Assembly (NCBI GenBank): GCA_021158725.1
Contig: JAGGUB010000044.1
Location: 3,722-67,721, forward strand
Length of the DNA stretch: 64,000 nucleotides
Source: a candidate division WOR-3 bacterium
GTDB lineage: Bacteria; Hydrothermota; UBA3073; NMUJ01
Direction of reading: 5' to 3'
In this document: positions 26,704 through 36,589 of the stretch, one piece after another
Layout of the letters: each line of letters begins with the position of its first letter
Numbering within the stretch: position 1 is the stretch's first letter
Notes under the pieces: generated by a model
Seen by the model: only the letters and a program-made list of their open reading frames with translations
What the model was told of the DNA's origin: nothing
Database searches by the model: none
Program-made: the position numbers and the translations under genes

Positions 26704-27650
26704 ATTGTGAGATTTACACCAAGGTGATGTTCCCCCCTAAGGTATTGATGGTTTTCATAGGCATAGTTTATACTTATGTGATCCCCCAGTATACCGAACC
26801 CATACGTGAAGTTATGATTATTTTTGCCAGTATAGCCTACCCTTAAAGCAAACTTGCCACCAAGTATGCATTCGATGCCCACACCGAATGTGACCGGCTG
26901 ATCAAGTGGATGGATGAGGTCAGCTGCAAAGCTACATTTGGTTGTTGCTTTATCTATGAGGTCAACAGCTATGCCGGTTTGGAAAGTAAGCGGTAGCGGG
27001 AACGGTGTACTCAGATATGTAGCCATACGTTCACCCTCTTCTACAGTATATTGGAGCGCCTCACCGTAATATGTCATGTCACGAGCAAAATTCTGTAGCG
27101 AGAAGCCAAACCTTAGGTTTCTCAAAGTACGTGTGTTGTAGATTGCACCTATGTCGATAGCTACACCCCAGCTGGTAACCTTATCGATGTTCAAGTTAAC
27201 CACTTTTATGTTGAACCCTGCACTAAACTTATCCGTTAAGTTACGTCCAAACGCTATACCAAATGCGTAGTCGTTGGCAGTGAAGTAATCACCCGTACCT
27301 CTGGGTGCTTCCGGTGTCGTACGTAATATTTCACCCGAAAGTGAAGCTATGATATCAACCCCTATCGTACCTACCGGTAGAGGATAAACAAAAGCTAAAT
27401 TAGTCTCCCTTAGACCCGCAAACAATTGCGTGTAGGTGATGTGATAGCTGGCCACCTTCACCGAAGCCAGTCCCGCAGGGTTCCAGAATATTGCCTCTAT
27501 ATCGTTTGCATACGCGGAATATGCATATCCCATAGCTGGCGCTATTGTACCCTTTGCACGTGAGAGGAACGCACCACCAGCACCACCCAGCCTGCCAAGT
27601 AAAGAGCTTGGCAGTATTACAAACATTATAGCACATATAGCTTTACGCAT
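26700..27650 (-). CDS. PorV/PorQ-family (FadL-like) outer-membrane beta-barrel protein, paralog 2
   Basis: 316 aa, signal MRKAICAIMFVILPSSLLG. N-terminal motif AMGYAYSAYANDIEAIFWNPAGLA is homologous to paralogs 1 and 3. GGAGG SD fused to the upstream stop (TAGGAGG). Confidence 0.65.
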   Translation of the reverse strand: MRKAICAIMFVILPSSLLGRLGGAGGAFLSRAKGTIAPAMGYAYSAYANDIEAIFWNPAGLASVKVASYHITYTQLFAGLRETNLAFVYPLPVGTIGVDIIASLSGEILRTTPEAPRGTGDYFTANDYAFGIAFGRNLTDKFSAGFNIKVVNLNIDKVTSWGVAIDIGAIYNTRTLRNLRFGFSLQNFARDMTYYGEALQYTVEEGERMATYLSTPFPLPLTFQTGIAVDLIDKATTKCSFAADLIHPLDQPVTFGVGIECILGGKFALRVGYTGKNNHNFTYGFGILGDHISINYAYENHQYLRGEHHLGVNLTI

Positions 27651-27658
27651 AGTACCTC

Positions 27659-29407
27659 CTACTGGGTGAGATCAAATATCTGTATCCTATCATTCTCTGT
27701 ATCTACTACATACAGTAAGTTGCCACATGTTGACAAAGCTTGTGGGTTGTTAAAACATCCAACCGCTGTACCTGAAGTACCCCAACGTGTAATAAATGTT
27801 ATGTATTTAAATTTCTGTACACGTGCATTGTCACTCTCGATAGTATAAACATAACCGCTATCGTCGACAGCTACATCACGTAAACCGATGAACTGACCAT
27901 CTTCCACACCTTCGGTTTCACCAAACTTACTTATGTAAGTACCGGAGGTTGTAAATATCTGCACTCTGTTGTTGTAGAAATCTGCCACATAAACGGTATC
28001 GTTGTGAATATCGATACCTGTGGGTAGATAGAATTGGCCATCACCCGCCCCGAAACCGCCCCAGCTGGTGACGAATTCACCATTGTGGGTGAATTTCTGA
28101 ATACGGTGGTTTTCGCGATCCACCACAAAAACGAAAGTATCGTACACTGCTATATCGTAAGGGTAACGAAACTGCCCGTTAGCTGCACCGTAACCACCCC
28201 ACTCAGCTACTATTGTACCGGTGGGTGATAGCTTCTTGACGGTTTGGGTGCCTGCATCTGTCACATAGATGTAACCATTAGTATCTACATCCACAGATAT
28301 GGGGGTATCGAAATATTGCCACTTATCGATAATGTTACCAGAAAGGTCGGTTATCACGAGTGATTGGGTACCGCTTTCTACTATATAAGCTCGGTCATCT
28401 GTTACACATATCTCGATGGGGGTATCGAAGTTGGGCCATTCATCCACAAAATTGGTTTTTATAGAAATAGCAGTTGGATCAGACCATTCCGACACACGTG
28501 ACCATTGGTCTCTCGCCTGTGCACGTACGTAGTGTAGGCCAGGAGTATCGAAATAATACCATACGGTGTAGACACTGGTGTCAGGTGGCCCCCATGCAGT
28601 GGTGTCATTATCGAACACAAACCTATATGAAAGCGCATCATCGTAAGGGTCAGGATCACTGGTTTGGGTGCTGAATTTCATTGGTGTATAAACATAGCTC
28701 ATAGGTTTACAAGAAGGGGGAGGTGGTGCAGTCGGTGGCCTATCAACTATGCGTATGAAGGTAGAAGCAAACGTATCAGCCACACTACCATGTATGTTCT
28801 TCGCGTAAGCCCTAAATTCGAAGCTTGTATCAGCAAGCGTAAAAGACAGTTGAATCGAATCTATGCCACCCGATGGTACAGGAGGACGCCAGTCTATTGT
28901 ATCTGTAATGGTCATACCTAATAGTACTAAAAATTGGAATTGTATGCTATCGTTGTTGGGGTCCACCGCACGTGCATAGAACCAGTAATCTTCACCTATA
29001 TAGCCAGTGTCAGGACCCCACACTTCAAGCGATCCAGGTGGTGGATAGTAAGACTTAACGGTAAACACGAAAGGAGCCGACCACTCTGAAGTAGCACCAT
29101 GTTCGTCTTTTGCCTGTGCACGTATCTCATATGTACCGGACTCCGTAAATGTATGGGTATCGATCCATACGCTATCGGACGGTATGAGATGGCTCCATGT
29201 GGAGATTGTACCATCACCCCAATCAAACCGTATAGATATACGGTCTTCGTCTGGATCGTGGGTTGACGTCATAAATGCATAGGTGGTTAGAGCAGTACCT
29301 TCTTCGGATTTACACCATGGGGTTACGGGAACCTCTGGCGGGTGGTTGGCATGTTTACAGGTTAGCAAAATTAAAATGAAGCACACACTCCAAGCTACAC
29401 GCTTCAT
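27659..29407 (-). CDS. Lipoprotein with three PKD-like repeats and a six-bladed NHL-repeat beta-propeller
   Basis: 582 aa, lipobox ILLTC. Three ~100-aa units end in ...SEWS (units 1 and 3) or its divergent counterpart. NHL blades include FRYPYDIAV, NHRIQKF, GQFYLPTGIDI, NNRVQIF, ARVQKF, DRIQIF. Confidence 0.8.
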   Translation of the reverse strand: MKRVAWSVCFILILLTCKHANHPPEVPVTPWCKSEEGTALTTYAFMTSTHDPDEDRISIRFDWGDGTISTWSHLIPSDSVWIDTHTFTESGTYEIRAQAKDEHGATSEWSAPFVFTVKSYYPPPGSLEVWGPDTGYIGEDYWFYARAVDPNNDSIQFQFLVLLGMTITDTIDWRPPVPSGGIDSIQLSFTLADTSFEFRAYAKNIHGSVADTFASTFIRIVDRPPTAPPPPSCKPMSYVYTPMKFSTQTSDPDPYDDALSYRFVFDNDTTAWGPPDTSVYTVWYYFDTPGLHYVRAQARDQWSRVSEWSDPTAISIKTNFVDEWPNFDTPIEICVTDDRAYIVESGTQSLVITDLSGNIIDKWQYFDTPISVDVDTNGYIYVTDAGTQTVKKLSPTGTIVAEWGGYGAANGQFRYPYDIAVYDTFVFVVDRENHRIQKFTHNGEFVTSWGGFGAGDGQFYLPTGIDIHNDTVYVADFYNNRVQIFTTSGTYISKFGETEGVEDGQFIGLRDVAVDDSGYVYTIESDNARVQKFKYITFITRWGTSGTAVGCFNNPQALSTCGNLLYVVDTENDRIQIFDLTQ

Positions 29408-29444
29408 AGTACCTCCATACTATAGAGGATAACGCTAAATCTGG

Positions 29445-29481
29445 ACGGTCAATATCATCGACAGGAGGCTAAATTGACCGT
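29445..29481. promoter_or_regulatory. 9-bp perfect inverted repeat in a divergent intergenic region (candidate operator)
   Basis: ACGGTCAAT (29445-29453) and ATTGACCGT (29473-29481) separated by 19 nt, between the divergent starts at 29407 (-) and 29491 (+). Confidence 0.3.
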
Positions 29482-29490
29482 AATGATAGT

Positions 29491-31875
29491 GTGTTATCAT
29501 TAATTGTGTGGGATAGCATTTTGTCCCAGATTGCTAAACCCGGTAGGTATCTAAACCACGAGTGGCATAGTGTGCATAAAGATTGGGATAAAACCATATT
29601 ACATACGGTGGTCGCCTATCCCGACATATATGAAGTGGGTATGAGCTGCTTAGCAATCCATATACTGTATAATCTACTTAATAGCGATGCTGAAACACTA
29701 TGTGAACGTGTGTTCTTGCCAGCTGATGATATGGTGAATATGCTGAAAAATCGTAGTATGAAATTGACCTCCCTTGAGTCACGTAGGGCACTTGATGAGT
29801 TTGATGCCATATTTTTCTCGATACCATATCCCTTGCTGTATCCCAATATAGTTAAGATGCTGGAGTTAGGAGGTATACCAGTGTGGCGAGCCGACCGCTA
29901 TAACGAACCGCTCATCATAGGTGGTGGTATCGCTGTAGTCAACCCATTACCCATAGCACCATTTTTTGACCTATTTCTCATAGGGGAAGCAGAGCCCCTT
30001 ATACCACGAATAATACCCTTACTTAAAGCGTGGTCAAAACGTGAACTGACACGTGACGAACTTTATAAAGAGGCATCTCAGATCGAGGGTGTATGGGTAC
30101 CCGCTATAGGGAATAAGGCCAAACGTGTATATGCGAAAGAGATACCAGCAGCACCTAAGTTAATAGTACCATTGGTGGAGACAACACATGATAGGTTGGT
30201 AATCGAGGTGAGCCGTGGCTGTACACGTGGGTGTAGGTTCTGTCAAGTGGGTATGGTTACACGTCCATATAGGGAGCGAGACATAACCGAGATCATCAAA
30301 CTTATAGATGTGGGGTTGTTGGAAACCGGTTACAACGAGGTCTCACTGTTAGCATTGTCGTTATCAGATTATTCCGGTTGTGAAGACCTTATCAAACGTG
30401 TAGCTACGAAATACCCACATATTCAATTATCATTACCATCGTTACGTGGTGATGCAATAACACATGAGATTGCACCATACTTGACAGGTGGTATAACCAT
30501 AGCACCTGAGGCAGGTACGGAACGATTACGTAAGATTATCAACAAACAGATAAGCGAAGACGATATTTTACGGTCGGTTGAACTTGCAACCAGCTATAAC
30601 ATTACACACGTCAAGCTATACTTTATGATAGGGTTACCAGGTGAGGAGTGGCAAGATATAGAAGCGATTGTCAAGCTTATCCGTAGGATAGCAGCTGTAG
30701 CATATCCGAAGCAGGTCAAAGTGTCGATATCACCGTTTGTACCACAACCATTTACACCGTTCCAATGGAAGATGTTTGCCGATAGAAAAGAGTTATCAAA
30801 TAAAGCCAGGCATATACGAGCTGCGTTCAGGGGCAGGCGTGGGGTTGAAGTACACTATCGTAACCCAGACATAAGCTACATAGAGACTATATTGGGACGC
30901 GGTGACGAGAAGGTTGCACCCGCCATTGTGGAAGCCTCTAAAGCAGGTATCGCAACCAGTGAGGAGGGTAGGTTCGACTTTCACACATGGGAGGAAGCAT
31001 TTACCAAAATAGGGGTTGACCCCTCACACTATACAAGTGAATTGAAAGTCGATGAATTATTACCATGGGAGCACTACATAGACGTAGGTGTGAAACGTGA
31101 ATTCCTCATCCAAGAAAGTGCCCGAACCGACGAGACACCTGATTGCAGGATACAGGGCTGCTATGGGTGTGGTGTATGTAAGGGTATGTCTCCCATACCA
31201 ATAAGGTTGGAAAGATTGTCACGTAAGGGAGATATAGTCTATGGTAGACGACCGATAAAGATCGCAACCTCCTCCGTGGTCTATACCTTACGCATACGAT
31301 ATGGTAAGGAACCCGAACTTAGGTGGGTGGGGCATCTCGACACCACCCGTACGATGATAAGAGCATTATTACGTGCAAAGTTACCGGTGGTGTTCACGAA
31401 AGGCTATAAGCCACATCCGAGGGTCGCATTTGGGCCACCATTGCCGTTTGGTATGTTCTCTTATACGGAATATATGGATGTGGTGGTAAGCGAACCACCC
31501 GCTGATGTAGTGTATCTTGTGAACCGCAAGCTACCAAAAGGGTTTAAGGTATTTGATGTAAAGGTTATGCCGGGTACGGATCATACGTCACTATTTCAGC
31601 TATTCAATGAAGTAGAATATGTAGTGTATGGGATAAAGTTGGAACCCACCATCATAAAGCAGTTCATGCATACAAGGGGAATATGGGTGAACAAAAGGAA
31701 TAAGAGGCTCAACCTACGTGCGAGCGTCAAGCGCATGGAACTGAAAGATGGCAACCTACATATAAAGATGACGATGGGAAGATTGAACGCATTTGATGTG
31801 CTCGCATATCTCACAGGTGGAAAACCCGAAGAGATGGTAATCCACCCCGTAGAACGTATACTCAGGTTACCATGA
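29491..31875 (+). CDS. Radical SAM protein (TIGR03960-type) fused to DUF2344/TIGR03936-type domain
   Basis: 794 aa. N-terminal ...IAKPGRYLNHEWHS, the CxxxCxxC-like cluster site SRGCTRGCRFCQ, and a C-terminal ~200 aa (LRIRYGKEPELRWVGHLDTTRTMIRALLRAKLP...) typical of the partner protein, which is often encoded separately. Confidence 0.8.
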   Translation: MLSLIVWDSILSQIAKPGRYLNHEWHSVHKDWDKTILHTVVAYPDIYEVGMSCLAIHILYNLLNSDAETLCERVFLPADDMVNMLKNRSMKLTSLESRRALDEFDAIFFSIPYPLLYPNIVKMLELGGIPVWRADRYNEPLIIGGGIAVVNPLPIAPFFDLFLIGEAEPLIPRIIPLLKAWSKRELTRDELYKEASQIEGVWVPAIGNKAKRVYAKEIPAAPKLIVPLVETTHDRLVIEVSRGCTRGCRFCQVGMVTRPYRERDITEIIKLIDVGLLETGYNEVSLLALSLSDYSGCEDLIKRVATKYPHIQLSLPSLRGDAITHEIAPYLTGGITIAPEAGTERLRKIINKQISEDDILRSVELATSYNITHVKLYFMIGLPGEEWQDIEAIVKLIRRIAAVAYPKQVKVSISPFVPQPFTPFQWKMFADRKELSNKARHIRAAFRGRRGVEVHYRNPDISYIETILGRGDEKVAPAIVEASKAGIATSEEGRFDFHTWEEAFTKIGVDPSHYTSELKVDELLPWEHYIDVGVKREFLIQESARTDETPDCRIQGCYGCGVCKGMSPIPIRLERLSRKGDIVYGRRPIKIATSSVVYTLRIRYGKEPELRWVGHLDTTRTMIRALLRAKLPVVFTKGYKPHPRVAFGPPLPFGMFSYTEYMDVVVSEPPADVVYLVNRKLPKGFKVFDVKVMPGTDHTSLFQLFNEVEYVVYGIKLEPTIIKQFMHTRGIWVNKRNKRLNLRASVKRMELKDGNLHIKMTMGRLNAFDVLAYLTGGKPEEMVIHPVERILRLP

Positions 31876-32501
31876 GGGTTGATGTACTTATAGTTCCCGG
31901 CGGTGGTATTGATAAGTATGGTAGGCTTAAACCCACCAGCTTACAGCGAGTAGATAAAGCTGTGGAGCTCTTCAAAGAAGGTGTTACACAGTATGTGATA
32001 TTCTCAGGTGCATGGAGTTTCATGTATACATATAAACCACCAATCACAGAGGCACGTGCGATGCAAGAATATGCCATAACACACGGTATACCATATGATA
32101 AGATATTACTGGATGAGGAGGCCTGTGATACCATAGGTAATGCGTATTTCCCTAAAGTTAGGATAATCAAGCCACGTGGCTGGCGTAACATAATGGTGGT
32201 GACATCGGAGTTTCATCTCAAACGTACGCAGTATGTTTTTGAAAAGGTGTTCGGTCCAGATTACAACCTAAAGTTTATAGCTGTGACATCTGCATTGCCA
32301 CAGGATGTGCTCACACATGTTATCGATACGGAGAGGAAGAACCTTGAACTCACTCGACGTAAAATTGGCCAAATACCAGCCGGTGACGATAAGGCAATAG
32401 GTGAGTTCCTATTTACCAAACATCCAGCTTACACTAAATACACACGTATCAAACGTGCAATCCTTATCCATATGCTACGTCATAATCGACGAACCTTTTA
32501 A
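31872..32501 (+). CDS. YdcF/ElyC/SanA family (DUF218) protein
   Basis: VLIVPGGGI...RVDKAVELFKEG...IFSGA...EARAMQEYAITHGIP...ILLDEEACDTIGNAYF. ATGA overlap with the upstream stop. Confidence 0.8.
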   Translation: MRVDVLIVPGGGIDKYGRLKPTSLQRVDKAVELFKEGVTQYVIFSGAWSFMYTYKPPITEARAMQEYAITHGIPYDKILLDEEACDTIGNAYFPKVRIIKPRGWRNIMVVTSEFHLKRTQYVFEKVFGPDYNLKFIAVTSALPQDVLTHVIDTERKNLELTRRKIGQIPAGDDKAIGEFLFTKHPAYTKYTRIKRAILIHMLRHNRRTF

Positions 32502-32513
32502 TTTATCACACCC

Positions 32514-33578
32514 TCATCGGATTGCAAACGGACGTGGCACAAACGTCAATATTAGCATAACTAATGCAAATATACCTAACACCTTATCCTGTGAGGTCAA
32601 CGGTGTAACGCTATCGAGTGGCTTTGGGTGTTTGATCCCCCCTATCATACCGAGAAATGCCCACAAAAAGTAGCCCGGCCAAAGGAAACCCAACCCTATC
32701 AGTATTACAAACATAGCTATCATGATTTTGGGGTAATATTTCTCACCAAACATTGCATAACTTATATGTCCACCATCGAGTTGCCCCATCGGTAATAAGT
32801 TAAGCGCTGTAACAAATAAACCCACCCAACCCGCAAACGCCACAGGGTGCAATAGTAATGAATAGTTTTCTGGCAACTTACCATACACCAGGTTTATCAG
32901 TATCGAAAACAGTATCGAGCGTCCCAACCTAAAATGTGGCATCTGTTCTGGTATTACCATTGTCAACGTAGATAACTTCAACCCCACCAGGGTTATAGGA
33001 ATAGATACAACGAAACCTACAAGTGGACCCATCACCCCTATTTTAACGAGTGCAGACTTATCCGGTATAGGGCTACGTATCCTTATAACAGCGCCAAATG
33101 TACCCAAAATAAACGGTGGTGGCACAGGTATAAAAAACGGCAATGTAGCTTCCACACCAAGCTTTCTGCACATAATATAATGGCCCAACTCATGTGACCC
33201 CAGTATAAACATTATAGCCAACGAAAACGGTAACCCTTTCAATATATTTGTGGGATTACGGAATGGGTCAACTCCCGCCAGCATCGCACCTGCCAGCATC
33301 GTCGTAAACAGTGTCGCTATCAACAATAGAATATTTAACCGATACGAGGTCGCCTTAATATATCTGGGACGTGGCACAAGATAGAGTACCACTTCACTCG
33401 GATACGTACCCTTTCTAAGGAATGGTGTATAATCTACGAGCTGATTCCTTATCTTACGAAATAACTCTCTTGTCGATATACGTGGTATATATGAAACTTT
33501 GATCACACCTTCCTCTTCTGACCATTCCCTCACATCACCATAATAGCTAAGCCATTCCACAATCTCGTATATGTTCAT
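32514..33578 (-). CDS. Site-2 protease family (M50) membrane metalloprotease
   Basis: 354 aa, polytopic. HELGHYIMCRKLG (HExxH) and a downstream LDGGH-type motif (MGQLDGGH). Confidence 0.85.
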   Translation of the reverse strand: MNIYEIVEWLSYYGDVREWSEEEGVIKVSYIPRISTRELFRKIRNQLVDYTPFLRKGTYPSEVVLYLVPRPRYIKATSYRLNILLLIATLFTTMLAGAMLAGVDPFRNPTNILKGLPFSLAIMFILGSHELGHYIMCRKLGVEATLPFFIPVPPPFILGTFGAVIRIRSPIPDKSALVKIGVMGPLVGFVVSIPITLVGLKLSTLTMVIPEQMPHFRLGRSILFSILINLVYGKLPENYSLLLHPVAFAGWVGLFVTALNLLPMGQLDGGHISYAMFGEKYYPKIMIAMFVILIGLGFLWPGYFLWAFLGMIGGIKHPKPLDSVTPLTSQDKVLGIFALVMLILTFVPRPFAIR

Positions 33579-33579
33579 A

Positions 33580-34836
33580 CTATGGTGCAGTTATTTCACC
33601 TTTAATCGCCGACACCGCACATACTGCGGGCGACGCCAGATATATGAAACCATCAGGGTTGCCCATCCTACCTTTGAAGTTACGGTTCTGTGACGATAGG
33701 CATACCTCACCATCTGCTAATACTCCCTCATGTACACCCACACATGGCCCACAACCAGGCCCCAATACTGTTGCACCTGCTTTGACGAATATTTCGATCA
33801 ACCCTTCCTTCAGTGCCTGTAGAAATACTTGTCTGGATGCTGGTACAACGATCAACCTCACATCTGGATGTACCTTCTTACCTTCAAGTATCTTAGCTGC
33901 TACCCTCAAGTCTGTTATCCTTCCATTAGTACATGTACCTATATACACCTGGTCTACCTTTATACCTTTGGCTTCAGAAACTGGATGCACGTTATCCACC
34001 CTGTGTGGGAATGCTACCTGGGGTTCAAGTTCCGATACATCTATCTCTATTATTTTCTCATATTCGGCATCCTCATCTGCTGCTATGGAACGCCATTCAT
34101 CTCCCCTACCCTGCATTTCAAGGTATTCACGTGTCTTACTGTCTGATGCGATAAGACCCACCTTAGCACCTGCCTCTACTGCCATGTTACTCAACACAAA
34201 CCGTTCCTCCATAGACATCTGCTCAATGACAGGACCACCAAACTCCAACGCCTTATACGTGGCACCATCCGCCCCTATCATCCCTATGAGGTATAACATG
34301 ATATCTTTTGAGTAGACATTTGGTGGCATCTTACCCTTGTATATAACTTTAATACTCTCTGGCACCTTAAGCCAGGTCTTACCCAATGTCATAGCTACCG
34401 CCACATCAGTTGACCCCATCCCTGTAGCGAATGCACACAATGCACCCGACGTCGTCGTATGTGAATCCGCACCCACCACCACATCACCGGGTTTCACAAA
34501 CTCCTCCACCAACCGCTGATGTATTACGCCTTCACCTACGTCTGATAGTTTCACACCGTATTTTTTGGTAAACTCCCTCAAGTATTTATGGTCATTAGAT
34601 AGCTCCTTACGTGGGCTTGGGGCAGCATGATCTATAAAGAATATCACCTCAGGGGCACGCAGCTTATCAATGTTCAGCTGTTTGGTGAGCTCCTCCACCT
34701 GTCTTGCCGCAAGTGGCCCTGTACCATCCTGTGCTGCAGCCACATCAACCGTTGTCACCACTATATCGCCAGCTTTTACGGTGTGACCAACTTTTTCACT
34801 CAATATTTTCTCAGCCAATGTAAGGCCCATCTTCAC
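33580..34836 (-). CDS. leuC: 3-isopropylmalate/homoaconitate dehydratase large subunit (archaeal-type aconitase family)
   Basis: 418 aa. MGLTLAEKILSEKVG, GADSHTTTSGALCAFATGMG, IGTCTNGR, GPGCGPCVG cluster ligand regions. Confidence 0.85.
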   Translation of the reverse strand: MKMGLTLAEKILSEKVGHTVKAGDIVVTTVDVAAAQDGTGPLAARQVEELTKQLNIDKLRAPEVIFFIDHAAPSPRKELSNDHKYLREFTKKYGVKLSDVGEGVIHQRLVEEFVKPGDVVVGADSHTTTSGALCAFATGMGSTDVAVAMTLGKTWLKVPESIKVIYKGKMPPNVYSKDIMLYLIGMIGADGATYKALEFGGPVIEQMSMEERFVLSNMAVEAGAKVGLIASDSKTREYLEMQGRGDEWRSIAADEDAEYEKIIEIDVSELEPQVAFPHRVDNVHPVSEAKGIKVDQVYIGTCTNGRITDLRVAAKILEGKKVHPDVRLIVVPASRQVFLQALKEGLIEIFVKAGATVLGPGCGPCVGVHEGVLADGEVCLSSQNRNFKGRMGNPDGFIYLASPAVCAVSAIKGEITAP

Positions 34837-34842
34837 CTCCGT

Positions 34843-36552
34843 TTACATAACTATACGCCACTTATTTAATAAAAATGAGGTCACCTCTTCTCGTATCTCC
34901 GGATACTTACATGGACATAACATACAGCGTTTGATATATCCTTCTTCCTGCCATATTATGGTGCCACCTTTAACCTCACTTCTGATCTTACCTTCAAAGG
35001 CCATGGTAGTTACTGTCTTCTTCGGCAGGTACGTGGGGGTAAACCCTTCCATATAAAGTGTTACAGTGTATTCCCATCCATTTCCTTCGTATATAGTGAG
35101 TCGGTTGCTTCTTTTTGATAGTTGAAAGTATCTACCTACATCTGTACCAAGTATTTTCGCCGGTATGGTGAGGCTACCGTTTTCAATGTAGTAGTTTGGA
35201 CATTCCACCTCTATCTTCACGGTTACCCCTCTTAGAAGTGTATCCAGGCCATCAACCTCATACCCCACGAGTCTACAGCCAGGCTTTATACTTGCAACCC
35301 TTTGTTCAAACCACTTACGTAATTCAGCTACCGTCTTGCCACGTAACGTATGCCTTAGATCAGCCGCCGTACGGCCTATGAAATGGCAATTGAACTCACC
35401 GGTAAGCGTTCCGTTTGTATCGATCATCCCACTGAATCTCAGCTTCTCGTAACTTCTTACTTTATTCCTTATCGGCACCAGTTTCACATCATGAGCAGTT
35501 ACCACCAACCCTATATACCCATCGTATCTTGTATAGCCTACGTCCCCAAATTCATCTGCAAGATCCTCAAACCTAAAGCCATACTCATCCTCAATTGCAA
35601 CCATCATCTTGGTAAATATACTGGGTGTGGCTATCTTCACATCTAAACTGAACAACGAAGGTGCCACCAACACTGGATATGCATTATCCACCAATGTTGT
35701 AAATAGTGCCACCTTATCCTTGCTATCAGCATATTTGTTTGCATATACCTGAGTTGCGGGGTTGGGTTTAAATCCCGTCCATTCCAAACTTATAGGTACT
35801 GTTCGGATGTCAGTTTTCATATACTTCACAAGCTCATCAATGTTATTGTAATTCAATTGAGGTGGCTTACCCTTGGCTTTAAACTGGTCACGTAGCCAAT
35901 CACCCAATTCTTTCCAGCTACTGAATTCACTATAATACAGTGTAGGGCCTATCTCTCTTAATGATGGGCTATAGGGTTCACGCTTTATCTTACGAATGTT
36001 TTCGTATCCCCACACGTAAACTGTATAGTCACCGTCCTCATACAGACTGGGTTTCAGGTTATAATACAACGTTATATCTTTTGGTATCTCCAGCACAAAG
36101 ACCTTCTTCTTGATAGGTTCGTACTCACTAAATACCACATCACCGTAGAGTTTAGGTCGCTCCTTGGGTCGCTTCTTAGGTACAATCTCGTATTCGTAGT
36201 CGATTATTGCACCAGGTTTGAGTGCTGGAAAGGTGACCACCTTCATCCTTAAATTCGCATACATTGGCGCATCATACACTTCGGGTGGACTCACATCGGC
36301 GATCGCTTTTGGTTCAGGTTCCACTTCCCTACCGTCGGGCAATATTGTTACCGCTCGTATGATATTGAACTCATACTTGTCGTTGTTGTAACGTACTTTC
36401 ACGTCACCATATGTGTCACGACCACGTTCGGTTAGTATTTCAACTTTATAGTGTCGATACGTTCGTAATCCATTTCTATCCAACCTAACATACGTGCTAT
36501 CCAATAGTATCTTTGCATCAGCTGTCACCAGAAGTATCAGCCACATCCACAT
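34843..36552 (-). CDS. DUF3857-like / transglutaminase-like protein, catalytic residues substituted (predicted inactive paralog)
   Basis: 569 aa. Homologous in layout to the next gene, but KYADSKDKVALF replaces KYGVCRDKAALL (Cys to Ser) and FTKMMVAI replaces FNHAVVAI (His to Lys). Confidence 0.6.
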   Translation of the reverse strand: MWMWLILLVTADAKILLDSTYVRLDRNGLRTYRHYKVEILTERGRDTYGDVKVRYNNDKYEFNIIRAVTILPDGREVEPEPKAIADVSPPEVYDAPMYANLRMKVVTFPALKPGAIIDYEYEIVPKKRPKERPKLYGDVVFSEYEPIKKKVFVLEIPKDITLYYNLKPSLYEDGDYTVYVWGYENIRKIKREPYSPSLREIGPTLYYSEFSSWKELGDWLRDQFKAKGKPPQLNYNNIDELVKYMKTDIRTVPISLEWTGFKPNPATQVYANKYADSKDKVALFTTLVDNAYPVLVAPSLFSLDVKIATPSIFTKMMVAIEDEYGFRFEDLADEFGDVGYTRYDGYIGLVVTAHDVKLVPIRNKVRSYEKLRFSGMIDTNGTLTGEFNCHFIGRTAADLRHTLRGKTVAELRKWFEQRVASIKPGCRLVGYEVDGLDTLLRGVTVKIEVECPNYYIENGSLTIPAKILGTDVGRYFQLSKRSNRLTIYEGNGWEYTVTLYMEGFTPTYLPKKTVTTMAFEGKIRSEVKGGTIIWQEEGYIKRCMLCPCKYPEIREEVTSFLLNKWRIVM

Positions 36553-36589
36553 GTCACCTCCTTATTTTAAACCCAATCTTCAACAAGTG

